From assembly GCA_965153355.1 (NCBI GenBank), contig OZ231126.1, forward strand, positions 7,130,001 to 7,194,000: DNA of 64,000 nucleotides, written 5' to 3'. The stretch's first letter is position 1. Each line of letters starts with the position of its first letter. Below the pieces are notes generated by a model. The model was not told where the DNA came from and searched no databases. It saw only the letters and a list, made by a program, of their open reading frames with translations. The DNA comes from Flaccisagitta enflata (Eukaryota). Below, one piece after another: positions 1-12,731 of the stretch. The position numbers and the translations under genes were made by a program.

Positions 1-520
1 TATCGAGATCCGGCAATCCGTGTAACGGATAGGATATATGGGATAACGGATAACGGATAAATCACCATGAAAACCGATCGCTCCTCTTCCTCCTTCTCCT
101 CCTCTTCTTCCTCCTCCTTCTTCTCTTCTATTCTTCCAAGATCCTTTGTTTCTTTAAGTCGATCTTATCTCTCTCTCTCTCTCTCTCTCTTAATATCTCA
201 CTTTTAACAGTGTTTAAGCCAAAATATGATAGGTGGAACAATATATAATAGTAAGTATAGTGGTAATGTTGTCCATCTTTCATAACAAGGATTTCCATGA
301 GTCAAATGCAATGAACCTTTTACAAAATCTGTTCCTTTTACTTAGATAATGTGTAACCTTATGTAAATAACGTCCAGTTATTTAGGGATAACGACCTTAC
401 CATAAAATGGCGGATTTTTACCATATAACGACCTCATAACGGCCGACCACTGACGCTCAGTAACGCTAATCTCTGGTCTGTTGGCGTATTTGTTTGTCTG
501 TTGGCGTATTTGTTTGTCTG

Positions 521-550
521 TTGTTGTTGTGATTGTGGCTGTTGTTGTAT

Positions 551-582
<32 letters not shown>

Positions 583-616
583 GCTGTTGTTGTTGTTGTT
601 GCTGTTGTCGTTGTCG

Positions 617-650
<34 letters not shown>

Positions 651-653
651 AGG

Positions 654-690
<37 letters not shown>

Positions 691-790
691 AGTTGTTGCT
701 GCTATTGTGATTGTTGTTGTTGTTGCTGTTGTTGTTGTGGTTGTTGTGGTTGTTGTTGTTGATGTTGTTGTTGTTGATGATGTTATTATT
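521..790. repeat. (TTG)n/(GTT)n microsatellite
   Basis: Long imperfect TTG run read directly; it explains the poly-N/Q/T/V/C ORFs at 434-883. Confidence 0.95.
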
Positions 791-1377
791 GTCATTCCGA
801 GAGGTGGAAATTTCCCTTACTTTCGTCTGTTGCCGGGGTTTGGTGGCTAAACTTGATCGATTCTTTATCATTACTCTGCCCATTTAACGTGTCAAAAGGT
901 GGTAGAGATTATCTGCCAGACAAGGGCAGTGAGGTGCAAAAATTGAGCATAAAATTGACATTGTTCGTTATGGCGCTTTGACAAATATGACTGACCGACG
1001 GGCGGATCAACTGACCAAATAAGTGTTTTCTTGAGCGATTGAAAATCCCACGCTAAAATGAAGCCGAGGCAACCCATGGGATCGCACACTCACTTTGCTC
1101 ACTCCCTCGTGGGATGGTTGAAATTCATGACTATGGGGGCGTTTCTAATCAGAGACAACCGCGTTTTGAAAGGGCCACTCGGTCGCTCGCTACGTTTGTT
1201 CACTCCCTCGTGGGACGGTTGAAATTCTTGAAAATGTGTTCACGCTGTTATCGCGTTTCACAGGAAGAAACGCGTATTTGGCGCTCACTAGAAATGCGCT
1301 CTATGTGTTCATGCTGAAAATGCGTTTCAAGGGAAGAAACACGTTTTTGGCTGTCAGTAGTAGAAATACACCCTTAG

Positions 1378-1524
1378 GCTGAGCGATTGCTGAAGAGACC
1401 GGAAAATCAAGTCTTGGATGTTGACGAACTCTTGCAAATCAGCATGAATCGAGTCTGTGGAGCCAAACCAGGAGAAATGGTTGATTCCCCACTTCTACTC
1501 ACTCTCAAGAACAGGATTGACCAG
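1378..1524 (+). CDS. Penultimate coding exon of an unidentified gene (AERLLKRPENQVLDVDELLQISMNRVCGAKPGEMVDSPLLLTLKNRIDQ)
   Basis: ccttag| acceptor (weak pyrimidine tract), 147 nt open with protein-like composition, CAG|gtattg donor, phase 0-0, and it joins in frame to 2671. Confidence 0.55.
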
Positions 1525-1531
1525 GTATTGG

Positions 1532-2262
<731 letters not shown>

Positions 2263-2359
2263 CCAAATAGGCAGACCAACAGAAAGAAAGGCACAGAGAC
2301 ACATTGATGGACAGACAGTGAGGTCACGTCAAAGCGAAGTAGTAGTGTGAAAAATTAAA

Positions 2360-2600
2360 AAACAAGTGACACGGGTAACAATATCGTTGCCAACGGGTGG
2401 ACAGGGGCATCCAACCCCATCCACACTCCATGCCCCCCCCCCCACCACAGCATACACAAGAAGAATGTAAAAACGCTCATTTAACCACTTTTCTACTCAG
2501 GCTCACAGATCAACGGACGGACGGCCCACTTGGACGGACCAATGGATAGACCAACGGACGGACAAAGCCATTTACATAGAGTTGCGTGTCCGCAACTAAC
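2360..2600 (-). mobile_element. Helentron/DINE-like non-autonomous element, family B
   Basis: Shares acaatatcgttgc..gggtgg.caggggc, the (GGAC)n core and the gttgcgtg.ccgcaact end with copies at about 39562-39780 and 50100-50345. Confidence 0.6.
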
Positions 2601-2670
2601 AAGTGCCTCATTTCTTTGAACGATTTCACACAACCTAAACAAGAGAAAACATCTTCCACGCCTTTGTCAG

Positions 2671-2892
2671 GTAGTTCACGGATGTTTCGTCAACGAGGGC
2701 GAAGTTATGACTCAAAAGGACGTAATCACGAACGAAGGCTGTTTGGCTGCTGAAGGCGACAACGACGAAGGGAAGAAGATGGAGCAGCAGCTGCAGAAGA
2801 TCGACGCGCTGCTGCAGATCCCCTACGAGGACGGGCAAGAGAGAAGAAGACTCGCAGCAACCGCCAAAATCAGGATTCCAGGAATATCCTGA
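2671..2892 (+). CDS. Terminal coding exon of an unidentified gene (VVHGCFVNEGEVMTQKD...KIRIPGIS*)
   Basis: ctttgtcag| acceptor, phase 0, GC-richer coding-like codons, TGA at 2890-2892, ATTAAA about 70 nt downstream. Confidence 0.6.
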   Translation, partial: VVHGCFVNEGEVMTQKDVITNEGCLAAEGDNDEGKKMEQQLQKIDALLQIPYEDGQERRRLAATAKIRIPGIS

Positions 2893-4982
2893 CGCTGCAG
2901 CATCCAACATACGACTGTCCTTTGTTTTTTTTCAGTGGCGGACTCGCGAACTAGCACCTAATTAAAGCCTATTCTGAATTCTCTTGACTGAGCTGGGATC
3001 AGAGCTGACGATATGTTAGTAGTCCTTAAGATCTTAGATCTGAGTTTTCTCGCGGTAGTTTTGAAATTAAATGTGATTTATCTGTTTCCTTATTCATGTA
3101 CCTAAATGTCTTCATGATCAGAATTTATTGAACTTATTCGGAAAATTTACGCGGTCGAAAAACAAATTAAAGTACATGTTTTCTTTGACTTAAAGCGAGA
3201 TTATTTCAACGTATCGACGTCTATGACTAGGCGGCGGTATCAGCGGGGGTTGAAAAGCTTGCTCGAAACAGATTTTTAGCCCATAGACTAAAGAGACGAG
3301 CTGAATAAAACTGTGGACATCATCAGTCTTCAGAATAACTGGTTTTGATGTATTACAAACTTTTTTTATATAAAAAGTGGGAAAAAAAGGTAACACTTAT
3401 TCTATGACTTCTTTCTAAAACTCATCTCCACTGATGTCAGAGTCAAATTTCCAATGTATCATTGCGCGTCGAGAAAGAGAGACAAGCTAAAACTGACTAA
3501 TTAATGGACAGACAGATACACAGATGCGCAGACAGTGTATCACTTTACCTAAGGTGAACCCTACTGCACCTAGCAGGATGTGTCACGCAATTTGGCGCCA
3601 TTGAAAAAATTGTTTTGGTAAGAGGCAACGCCAAAGCGTAACTCACTACAGCATAGTAAGACAGCAATGATGACAAAGAAAATCTCACCTTAAAAATTAC
3701 CTTTACATACATCTTCATCTGAGTAAGGAAATAGATCTAGATGTATAAGTGAAATATTTCCCAAACCTAGTGGGTGACATCGATGAAAAAAACATTGACC
3801 ATAATATATATGAAATGCTATAGATTAAAATAAGATGTAGTTGTCCAGGCTTAAGTTGACCTTTATCTCCCTGGACTTTAACTCTGAGTGCATAAACAGA
3901 ACCTTGTACCAAACATCATGTTAGTTAATTCAATGTTAAAAATCGTGGTAAATTTATCCCCCTTGTACCTTTTGTAGAAGTAGCATGCAGAATAGACATT
4001 AATACCAGTGATTAGATCTCAATAATACAAAGTTATTGAGTAAAAATTGGATATTGGAAGACCAAAGATTTTAAACGCTAATTTTTCCCAACTATTACTG
4101 GCTAGGTAGGGGCGATTTGACTCAGTTTTTCACCAACATCTACTCAAACTAATCACAAAGTAACATCAGTTTTTTTGCCACCGTAATCGGGCCGTTTTTG
4201 GATTCTAAAATCACTCTCCTATAAAAAATGTCAGTTGACAAAGAAAACATTAAAAAAATGACAAAAAATCTATTTATTTTTTTTAAAGGCACTTCCCGTT
4301 GGAGTAAAAGGTTGAAATTTTTATTGTAGTTGAGGGGGACACCCAACTACCTACATATCAAATTTCATAACATTTGGTCAATGTTAAGTATGGTTTTTAC
4401 TGATTTTTCTAATCTTTACAGGCTAATTTCACATTTTGGAAAAAAACATTTTAAAAACGGTGGATAACAAATCACAATCATGGATGAAAATTTTGCATTT
4501 TCAAAAACATCAGACCTTAAAAAAAGTATTTTAGGAAAGTCTGATTTTTTTGGTTTTTTTGATTTTTCACTTTCCATGCAAATTTGTTATTCACCGTTTT
4601 GCTAAGTCTTATCAATTTTCAACCATAGTTAAGAAGCTTCACAGCAGGAACTGAGATATAGGTCCAAAATTATCAAAAACCATTTGAATTTCAGTTTTTT
4701 CATTATTTTTTTGTGCTGAACACAATTCTGACCCTCATTTTTAAACAATCTTTTGGTAACCTTTTCAAAAATCAGGTTTTTTTTGTTTGTTTTTTATATG
4801 TTAGCTTTTTTTTTGGTTATTTTTAGTAAATTATCATGTCCTGGTAGAGTTTTTCACTTGACCCCAGAGAGAACTGAGGTGAAATCATTCTCTATAAAAA
4901 TTTCATAGTTTTACTTTGGTCATTGATGACAAAAAATCGCTCTCCTATAAAAAATGTCAGTTAACAAAGAAAACATAAAGAA

Positions 4983-5630
4983 CAGACATACACATTTTTC
5001 AAAGCTTCCGGGGAGCACAAATTTCCTCTATAAAATTTCCGACACAGCGTATTCCCCCCCCCCCGCTATAGCGTGCTTATCATGCTGTGTTCAACAGCTT
5101 TTTGAATTGTAGATAGAGGAAAAAACTTTTGTGAAATGCTATAATGACACTGTTCATTCCCTAAAGAAAACACCGGCCATATGACAAACTTTTATGAGAT
5201 TCAAGAGGTAAAAAGATAACATAATCTACCAATGTCAACTGCGCTCAAGGGCCAAGGCAATGTATTGCCTCAACCTCATGAGGATTAGCGGATTAGGGAA
5301 AATATGAAGAAAAGAAAAAAAAACTTCCTTTTTACCTTCATCTCTGTCTCTTTCTTTTTTTCTACCTTTCTTTCTTTCAAAAAAACTTCCTTTTTACCTT
5401 CATCTCTGTCTCTTTCTTTTTTTCTACCTTTCTTTCTTTCATTCTTTTACTCCTTCATACTTCCTTTGTTTTCTCCTTCTTACTTTTGTTCTTTTTTCTT
5501 TCCTCTTTTTTCTTTCTTTCTCTCTTTCTTTTGTTTTCATTTTCCCTTTTTTCCCTTCCAAGATTTTCCGACGTGCCTCTTGCCTTTCCGAGGAGCGGCG
5601 CTCCCCGCTCCTCCATAATGTGTATGTCTG
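4983..5630. mobile_element. hAT-like MITE, copy 1
   Basis: TIR CAGACATACACATT...AATGTGTATGTCTG; 8-bp TSD ATAAAGAA (4975-4982, 5631-5638); the empty site is visible in the first array unit near 4250. Confidence 0.85.
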
Positions 5631-6364
5631 ATAAAGAAAATAACAAAAAATCTATTTATTCTTTTTAAAGGCACTTCCCCTTGGAGTAAAAGGTTGAAAT
5701 TTTTATTGTAGTTGAGGGGGACACCCAACTACCTACATATCAAATTTCATAACATTTGGTCAATGTTAAGTATGGTTTTTACTGATTTTTCTAATCTTTA
5801 CAGGCTAATTTCACATTTTGGAAAAAAACATTTTAAAAACGGTGGATAACAAATCACAATCATGGATGAAAATTTTGCATTTTCAAAAACATCAGACCTT
5901 AAAAAAAGTATTTTAGGAAAGTCTGATTTTTTTGGTTTTTTTGATTTTTCACTTTCTATGCAAATTTGTTATTCACCGTTTTGCTAAGTCTTATCAATTT
6001 TCAACCATAGTTAAGAAGCTTCACAGCAGGAACTGAGATATAGGTCCAAAATTATCAAAAACCATTTGAATTTCAGTTTTTTCATTATTTTTTTGTGCTG
6101 AACACAATTCTGACCCTCATTTTTAAACAATCTTTTGGTAACCTTTTCAAAAATCAGGTTTTTTTTGTTTGTTTTTTATATGTTAGCTTTTTTTTTGGTT
6201 ATTTTTAGTAAATTATCATGTCCTGGTAGAGTTTTTCACTTGACCCCAGAGAGAACTGAGGTGAAATCATTCTCTATAAAAATTTCATAGTTTTACTTTG
6301 GTCATTGATGACAAAAAATCGCTCTCCTATAAAAAATGTCAGTTAACAAAGAAAACATAAAGAA

Positions 6365-6896
6365 CAGACATACACATTTTTCAAAGCTTCCGGGGAGCAC
6401 AAATTTCCTCTATAAAATTTCCGACACAGCGTATTCCCCCCCCCCCGCTATAGCGTGCTTATCATGCTGTGTTCAACAGCTTTTTGAATTGTAGATAGAG
6501 GAAAAAACTTTTGTGAAATGCTATAATGACACTGTTCATTCCCTAAAGAAAACATCGGCCATATGACAAACTTTTATGAAATTCAAGAGGTAAAAAGATA
6601 ACATAATCTACCAATGTCAACTGCGCTCAAGGGCCAAGGTAATGTATTGCCTCAACCTCAAGAGGATTAGCGGATTAGGGAAAATATGAAGAAAAGAAAA
6701 AAAAACTTCCTTTTTACCTTCATCTCTGTCTCTTTCTTTTTTTCTACCTTTCTTTCTTTCAAAAAAACTTCCTTTTTACCTTCATCTCTGTCTCTTTTTT
6801 TTTTTCTACCTTTCTTTCTTTCATTCTTTTACTCCTTCATACTTCCTTTGTTTTCTCCTTCTTACTTTTGTTCTTTTTTCTTTCCTCTATTTTTTT

Positions 6897-6964
<68 letters not shown>

Positions 6965-7064
6965 TTGTTTTCATTTTCCCTTTTTTCCCTTCCAAGATTT
7001 TCCGACGTGCCTCTTGCCTTTCCGAGGAGCGGCGCTCCCCGCTCCTCCATAATGTGTATGTCTG
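6365..7064. mobile_element. hAT-like MITE, copy 2 (duplicated with the array unit, TTTC expansion inside)
   Basis: Same TIRs, same TSD ATAAAGAA and same flanks as copy 1. Confidence 0.85.
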
Positions 7065-7310
7065 ATAAAGAAAATAACAAAAAATCTATTTATTCTTTTT
7101 AAAGGCACTTCCCCTTGGAGTAAAAGGTTGAAATTTTTATTGTAGTTGAGGGGGACACCCAACTATCTACATATAAAATTTCATAACATTTGGTCAATGT
7201 TAAGTATGGTTTTTACTGATTTTTCTAATCTTTACAGGCCAATTTCACATAGTCTAGGATTTAAGGAAAAGGACTCGGCGTTTTTGGAGCAAAGCGTGAA
7301 AATTTGCATA

Positions 7311-8689
7311 CAGGGTCAGTCTTTTGTGCTGAACAAGACTAGAAGGGGTACACATCTGATTTTTTAGTGTACCCCTTTCAAAAACACGTTTTTTTGCCCA
7401 AAAAACACTTTGAAATGGCGCTGACGCCAAACCAATTAGCGGATGACTATAAAATTTTAGGTGAAGAAAAATATACCTTTTTTCTACTTGCATGCAAAAT
7501 TTCAGCAAAATCGGTTCAGTAGAAGCGAAGATATTGCCGTTTAAAGTTTAGGCCTATTTTCAAAAAAAGGGCTATGTTTCAATTTTGGGGTAAAATTGTG
7601 TTTTTTTGAGCTGGAAGTCTGAAACTGATTTCACTTGCGTATATTACCCTAATTTACTCTAAAAACAAAAAAATTTGAAAAAATCCCATGTTTTTTTCAT
7701 TTTATGGCCAAAAAACCACAAAATTTGGTCTCAAAATTTTGGCCTGATTTTCAAAAAGGGCTAGTGCAAGGAAAATATTAAAATCATTGGCGCCCACTCG
7801 GGGAATCTATTGTCATAAAGTGTACCAACTTATTCCCAAACTTTCAGAGGGGTACATTAACCCAAAAAGACAAAAAATCATTTCAAAGTTTACAGCAAAA
7901 ATACCAAAATTCAGCATTTTTTTACCCTTTTTGATATATGGAAAAATTAAATGTTTGATTAGTAAGCTGAAATTTGGCTCAGATATGCCCCTAACATATT
8001 GGGACTTGCATGCAAAATTTTAGGCAAATCGGTTGAAGCGTTTGGCCGTAGCATTACCAAATGTCCCTGGGGGTCTAAAAATGCGAAATTTTGGGTCTTT
8101 TTTTTTTTAATTCTTTGAAATTAAATTTTGTCCTTTTGGGTTAATGTACCCCTCTGAAAGTTTGGGAATAAGTTGGTACACTTTATGACAATAGATTCCC
8201 TTAGTGGGCGTCAATGATTTTCATATTTTCCTTGCACTAGCCCTTTCTGAAAATCAGGCCTAAATTTTGAAGGTTGATTTTTTGTTTTTTTGGCCCAAAA
8301 AATGAAAAAAACATGGATTTTTTTCAATTTTTTTTGTTTTTAGGGTATATGAGGGTAAAATAAATGAGTGAAACCAATTTCATACTTCCAGCTCAAAAAA
8401 ACACAATTTACCCCAAAATTGAAACATAACCCTTTTTTTGAAAATAGGCCTAGACTTTAGACGGCAATATCTTCGCTTCTACTGAACTGATTTTGCTGAA
8501 ATTTTGCATGCAAGTAGAAAAAAGGCATATTTTTCTTCACCTAAAGTTTTATAGTCATCTGTCAATGCGTTTGGCGTCAGCGTCTCTTCAAAGTGTTTTT
8601 TTGAAGAAAAAACGTGTTTTTGAATGGGGTACACTAAAAATCAGACGTGTACCCCATCTTGTCTTGTTCAGCACAAAAAACTGACCCTG
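7311..8689. mobile_element. Tc1/mariner-like non-autonomous element with ~570-bp inverted arms
   Basis: TA|CAGGGTCAG...CTGACCCTG|TA; arms about 7311-7885 and 8113-8689 are reverse complements. Confidence 0.8.
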
Positions 8690-8691
8690 TA

Positions 8692-10011
8692 CACACATCT
8701 CTGGATACCCCCCCAAAGAGAATCGAAAATACCATTTTTTCTGACTGTGCTATTTGTCTTCAGGAACATGTGGGCTACTAAAAAAAATAAAAAACAAAAA
8801 AATTCTTCTGAAATTTTTTCATTTATTTCACTTTTTAGGTAAAAAAGTGGCATTTTTAGCACTTTTTAAGCATAAAATTATTCATGCAGCTTAGAAAATC
8901 CGAAAAAATACTGGAAATGTATGGCAATACATAGAATATACATGTTTTTACCCTTCATAAACAGTTTTTTTAAGTATCATACAGATTAGAGCTTAAAAAT
9001 GGCCTAAAAATGACAAAATATGGTTTTTTTCAGTATTTTTCAGTAAAAATTTGTTTTTACAGCATTTTAACTCCCGAAAAATCCTAGAAAAGTGTAGTAG
9101 TAGTTTGAGCTTAACTACTTTTACCATGAACAATTAGTAAATTTTGATTTTTTTAGGTTTAGAGTTAAAAAATAGCTAAAAAATAGCAAAATATTGTTTT
9201 TTTAAGCATTTTAAAGCAAATAATTATTCATGCACTTTTATAAATCAAAAAAAATACTGGAAATGTTTGGCAATAGATAGAATATACATGTTGAAATGCT
9301 GTATTAAAAAATTTGAGATTTAAAAATGCTGAAAAAAGCTATATTTCGGCATTTTTACGCCATTTTTAAACTTTAATCTTTAAGATATCTAAAAAAACTT
9401 TTTGTGAAAGGTAAAAACATGTAGATTCTATCTATTGCCACACATTTCCAGTATTTTTTTGGCTTTATAAAAGTGCATGAATAATTATTTGCTTAAAGAT
9501 GCTTAAAAAAACAATATTTTGCTATTTTTTAATTATTTTTTTACTGTAAACCTAAAAAAATCAAAATTTACTGATTGTTCAGGGTAAAAGTAGTTAAGCT
9601 CAGACTTCTACTACACTTTTCTAGAATTTTTTGGGAGTTAAAATGCTGTAAAAACAGATTTAGACTGAAAAATACTGAAAAAAAGTCATATTTTGTCATT
9701 TTCAGTCTTTTTTAAGCTCTAATCTTTATGATATTTAAAAAAACTGTTTATGAAGGGTAAAAACGTGTATATTCTATCTATTGCCATACATTTCCAGTAT
9801 TTTTTGGGATTTTCTAAGCTGCATGAACAATTTTATGCCTAAAAAGTGCTAATAGTTCCCTTTTTTAACCTAAAAATTGAAATAAATGAAAAAATTTCAG
9901 AAGAATTTTTTTGTTTTTTGTTTTTTTAGTAGCCCACATGTTCCTGAAGACAAATAGCACAGTCAGAAAAAATGGTATTTTCGATTCTCTTTGGGGGGGT
10001 ATCCAGAGATG
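8692..10011. mobile_element. Foldback element with ~600-bp arms (CACACATCTCTGGATACC end)
   Basis: About 8696-9292 is the reverse complement of about 9416-10011. The terminal region is homologous to the element starting at 24604. Confidence 0.75.
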
Positions 10012-11118
10012 TATGCAAATTTTCACGCTTTGCTCCAAAAACGCCGAGTTCTTTTCTTTTCTTCCTTTAAGAGACGGGACTAACATTTTGGAAAAAAAAC
10101 ATTTTAAAAACGGTGAATAACAAATCTCAATCATGGATGAAAATTTTGCATTTTCAAAAACATCAGACATAAAAAAAAGTATTTTAGGTAGGTCTGATTT
10201 TTTTGGTTTTTTTGATTTTTCACTTTCTATGCAAATTTGTTATTCACCGTTTTGCTATGTCTTATCAATTTTCAACCATAGTTAAGAAGCTTCACAGCAG
10301 AAACTGAGATATAGGTCCAAAATTATCAAAAACCATTTGAATCTCAGTTTCTTTATTCTTTTTTTTTTTGTGCTGAACACAAATCTGACCTTCATTTTTA
10401 AACAGTTTTTTGGCAACCTTTTCAAAAATCAGTTTTTTTTTTTTTTTTTTTGTTTCTTTATACGTTAGCTTTTTTTTTTGTCATTTTTGTTATTTTTGTT
10501 ATTTTTGTTTTTTTGTTATCTTTATTCTCTATACAAATTTCATAGTTTTACTTGGGTCATTGATGACAGAAACAGGCCATGGCCAAAAATGATGTTTTTT
10601 TTTTAAGCGTCATAGTGATTCAGATTTTTTTCACAAATCATACTCGATCTAATTAGTACAGGAATAAATGTGCTTATCAAGAAAACGCTGGTTTTTCAAA
10701 CTGGCTAAAAACCGGCCATAAATGGGCCAAAATGGTCAAAATCTGTATCTTTGTTTGATAATTCATAGTTATTTGGAATTTTTTCGCTTTTCTCACTTTT
10801 TTTACACAGAACTAGGACAAAAATATTCATTAGGGGCTGTTTTCATGGTCTTTCGGAAGACGCCCTTAAAAACATGTAAAATTGAGAATTCGGTTTTATG
10901 CTTTGAACGATACATCATTGGAAAGCCCATCGAATTTCCATTAATAAAATAACCTTGGCTAACGTTAGCGGCGTGTCGTAAAAGCATAATTTCCTTATCC
11001 CTGTATGATATCATATCATCGGTTTTGTGATGAAACTTACTGAAATTTGGGTAAAAGATGGAGAAAACGATGGACAGCTACAAAACTTGTGCGTGGGAGA
11101 CGGAATAGGTGAAGAAAA

Positions 11119-11302
11119 AACAAGGCCGGATACACGGCTACCGAAGTCGCGTGTGGGTGGGCAGGGGCCATATTTGAGGTCACCAGACCATTTGGGCAGG
11201 AGCAGTGAGGTCAGAGAAATAAAATCATAAAAAAAAGTAAAGTGACCGACCGACCGACGGACGGACAAAGCGGGTTGTAGAGTCGCGTGCACGCGACTAA
11301 AA
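11119..11302 (-). mobile_element. Helentron/DINE-like non-autonomous element, family A (reference copy)
   Basis: 5' T-run plus agtcgcgtgcacgcgact palindrome, (GTCG/GTCC)n core, second cgcgact near the 3' end, 3' hairpin gccgtgtatccggc then ttgtt; no TSD. Confidence 0.7.
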
Positions 11303-11304
11303 AG

Positions 11305-11506
11305 GAGAGGAAGAAGGAGAAGAAGAAGAGAAGAAGAAGAAGAAGAAGAAGAAGAGATGATCAAAAAAGAAGACCAAGAAAGAGAACAAGAAGAAGTATA
11401 CAATGAAGGAGCCGAGTAGAATTGCACAATAAAATAAGGGACAGAAGTTACAGAAGAAGAAGAAGAAGAAGAAGAAGAAGAAGAAGAAGAAGAAGAAGAA
11501 GAAGAA

Positions 11507-11538
<32 letters not shown>

Positions 11539-11620
11539 AGAAGAGGAAGAAGAAGGAGAAGAAGAAGAGGAAGATAATGAAGAGGAAGAAGAAGGAGAAG
11601 AAGAAGAAGAAGAAGAGAGA
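11305..11620. repeat. (GAA)n microsatellite / polypurine tract
   Basis: Read directly; pure GAA run at about 11452-11528. Confidence 0.9.
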
Positions 11621-12005
11621 AGGGGAAAGATAACTAAAGTTTTACCATGCTACAAACGCAATCCTTAGGGTTGACAGCCGCTCAGATGATATAATCATGC
11701 TCAATCGCCTCGAAACTCACTGCATACCCGTTCTGCTACCTCGTTACACTTAATAGTGTGAATATAAGTCATGCATCAAATCGAATCGAAATGTGGTGCC
11801 TCACATAGCTGAAATTGGGAGTTTTCCTCTACCCTTCTTACGTAAAATGATGGAGAGAAAAATCATGAAGATGATTCTACACCCCGCTTTGTCCGTCCGT
11901 TGGTTGGTCGGTCGGTTGGTCGGTAGGTCGGTCGGTCGTTCGGTCCCAATTTTACTTTTTTTATCAATCTTATTTCTTCAAGTCGTTTTAGGGTAAACTA
12001 AGTTA

Positions 12006-12309
12006 CAGGGGTGTATATAGTTGAGCGGCTTTTGATTTTATTCCCCCCCCTGCCTTTGGTTTTCTTCCCCGCGACGCGTCGCGTTGCGTTACAAAATCTT
12101 TGTTTTTCTTCCCTTAAAAGCTATAAAACAGTATATTTTAGGTTTAAATAGTGTTAAATTACATTGTAGTAATTGTATTTTACCTTTTGGTACTAGCAAA
12201 AGTATTAGATCTTTAGAAATTTTCTTTTTTCTTTTTTTTAAACTTTTGATTTTCTTCCCCACCTGCAAACCTTTTGATTTTATTCCCCCCTCAACTTTAT
12301 ACACCCCTG
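12006..12309. mobile_element. hAT-like MITE inserted in a family A element
   Basis: TIR CAGGGGTGTATA...TATACACCCCTG; 8-bp TSD CTAAGTTA (11998-12005, 12310-12317). Confidence 0.85.
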
Positions 12310-12731
12310 CTAAGTTATTCTAAGTCATTCAAAGTCATTCTAAGTCAAACTGTGAGTCTCGCGCACAACTTATCTCAACAGGAAGTCAAGATGTAGCGAC
12401 TGGATTGCCGTGTATCCGGCCTTTTCTTTTGGCTTCTCATTCTTCGTCTTTTACATCATCCTCTTTTTCTTGACTTATACATTGTCAACATCGTAATCGT
12501 TGACTTAGTTATCATCGTTATGGTTATCATCGTTGTCTTTGTCATCAAAATCATCTTCGCATTTGTCTTCATAGTCACGATCTTCATATTTTTCTTCTTC
12601 TTCTTCTTCTTCTTCTTCTTCTTCTTCTTCTTCTTCTTCTTCTTCTTCTTCTTCTCTTTAGTCGCGTGCTACGACTCTACGACTACACCCCGGTGTGTCG
12701 GTACGTCGATCGGTCCGTCCGTCACACTACC

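Larger units (their letters stand above)
7250..10082. mobile_element. Outer palindromic element with TAGTC...GACTA ends and 3-bp TSD, hosting two foldback elements
   Basis: Inverted arms actcggcgtttttggagcaaagcgtgaaaatttgcata / tatgcaaattttcacgctttgctccaaaaacgccgagt; ACA duplicated at 7247-7249 and 10083-10085 relative to the intact array units. Confidence 0.75.
4210..10570. repeat. Tandem array of a ~727-bp unit (three copies) interrupted by insertions
   Basis: ctctcctataaaaaatgtcagtt recurs at about 4213, 4940 and 6322. The third copy breaks at 7249 and resumes at 10083. Confidence 0.9.
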
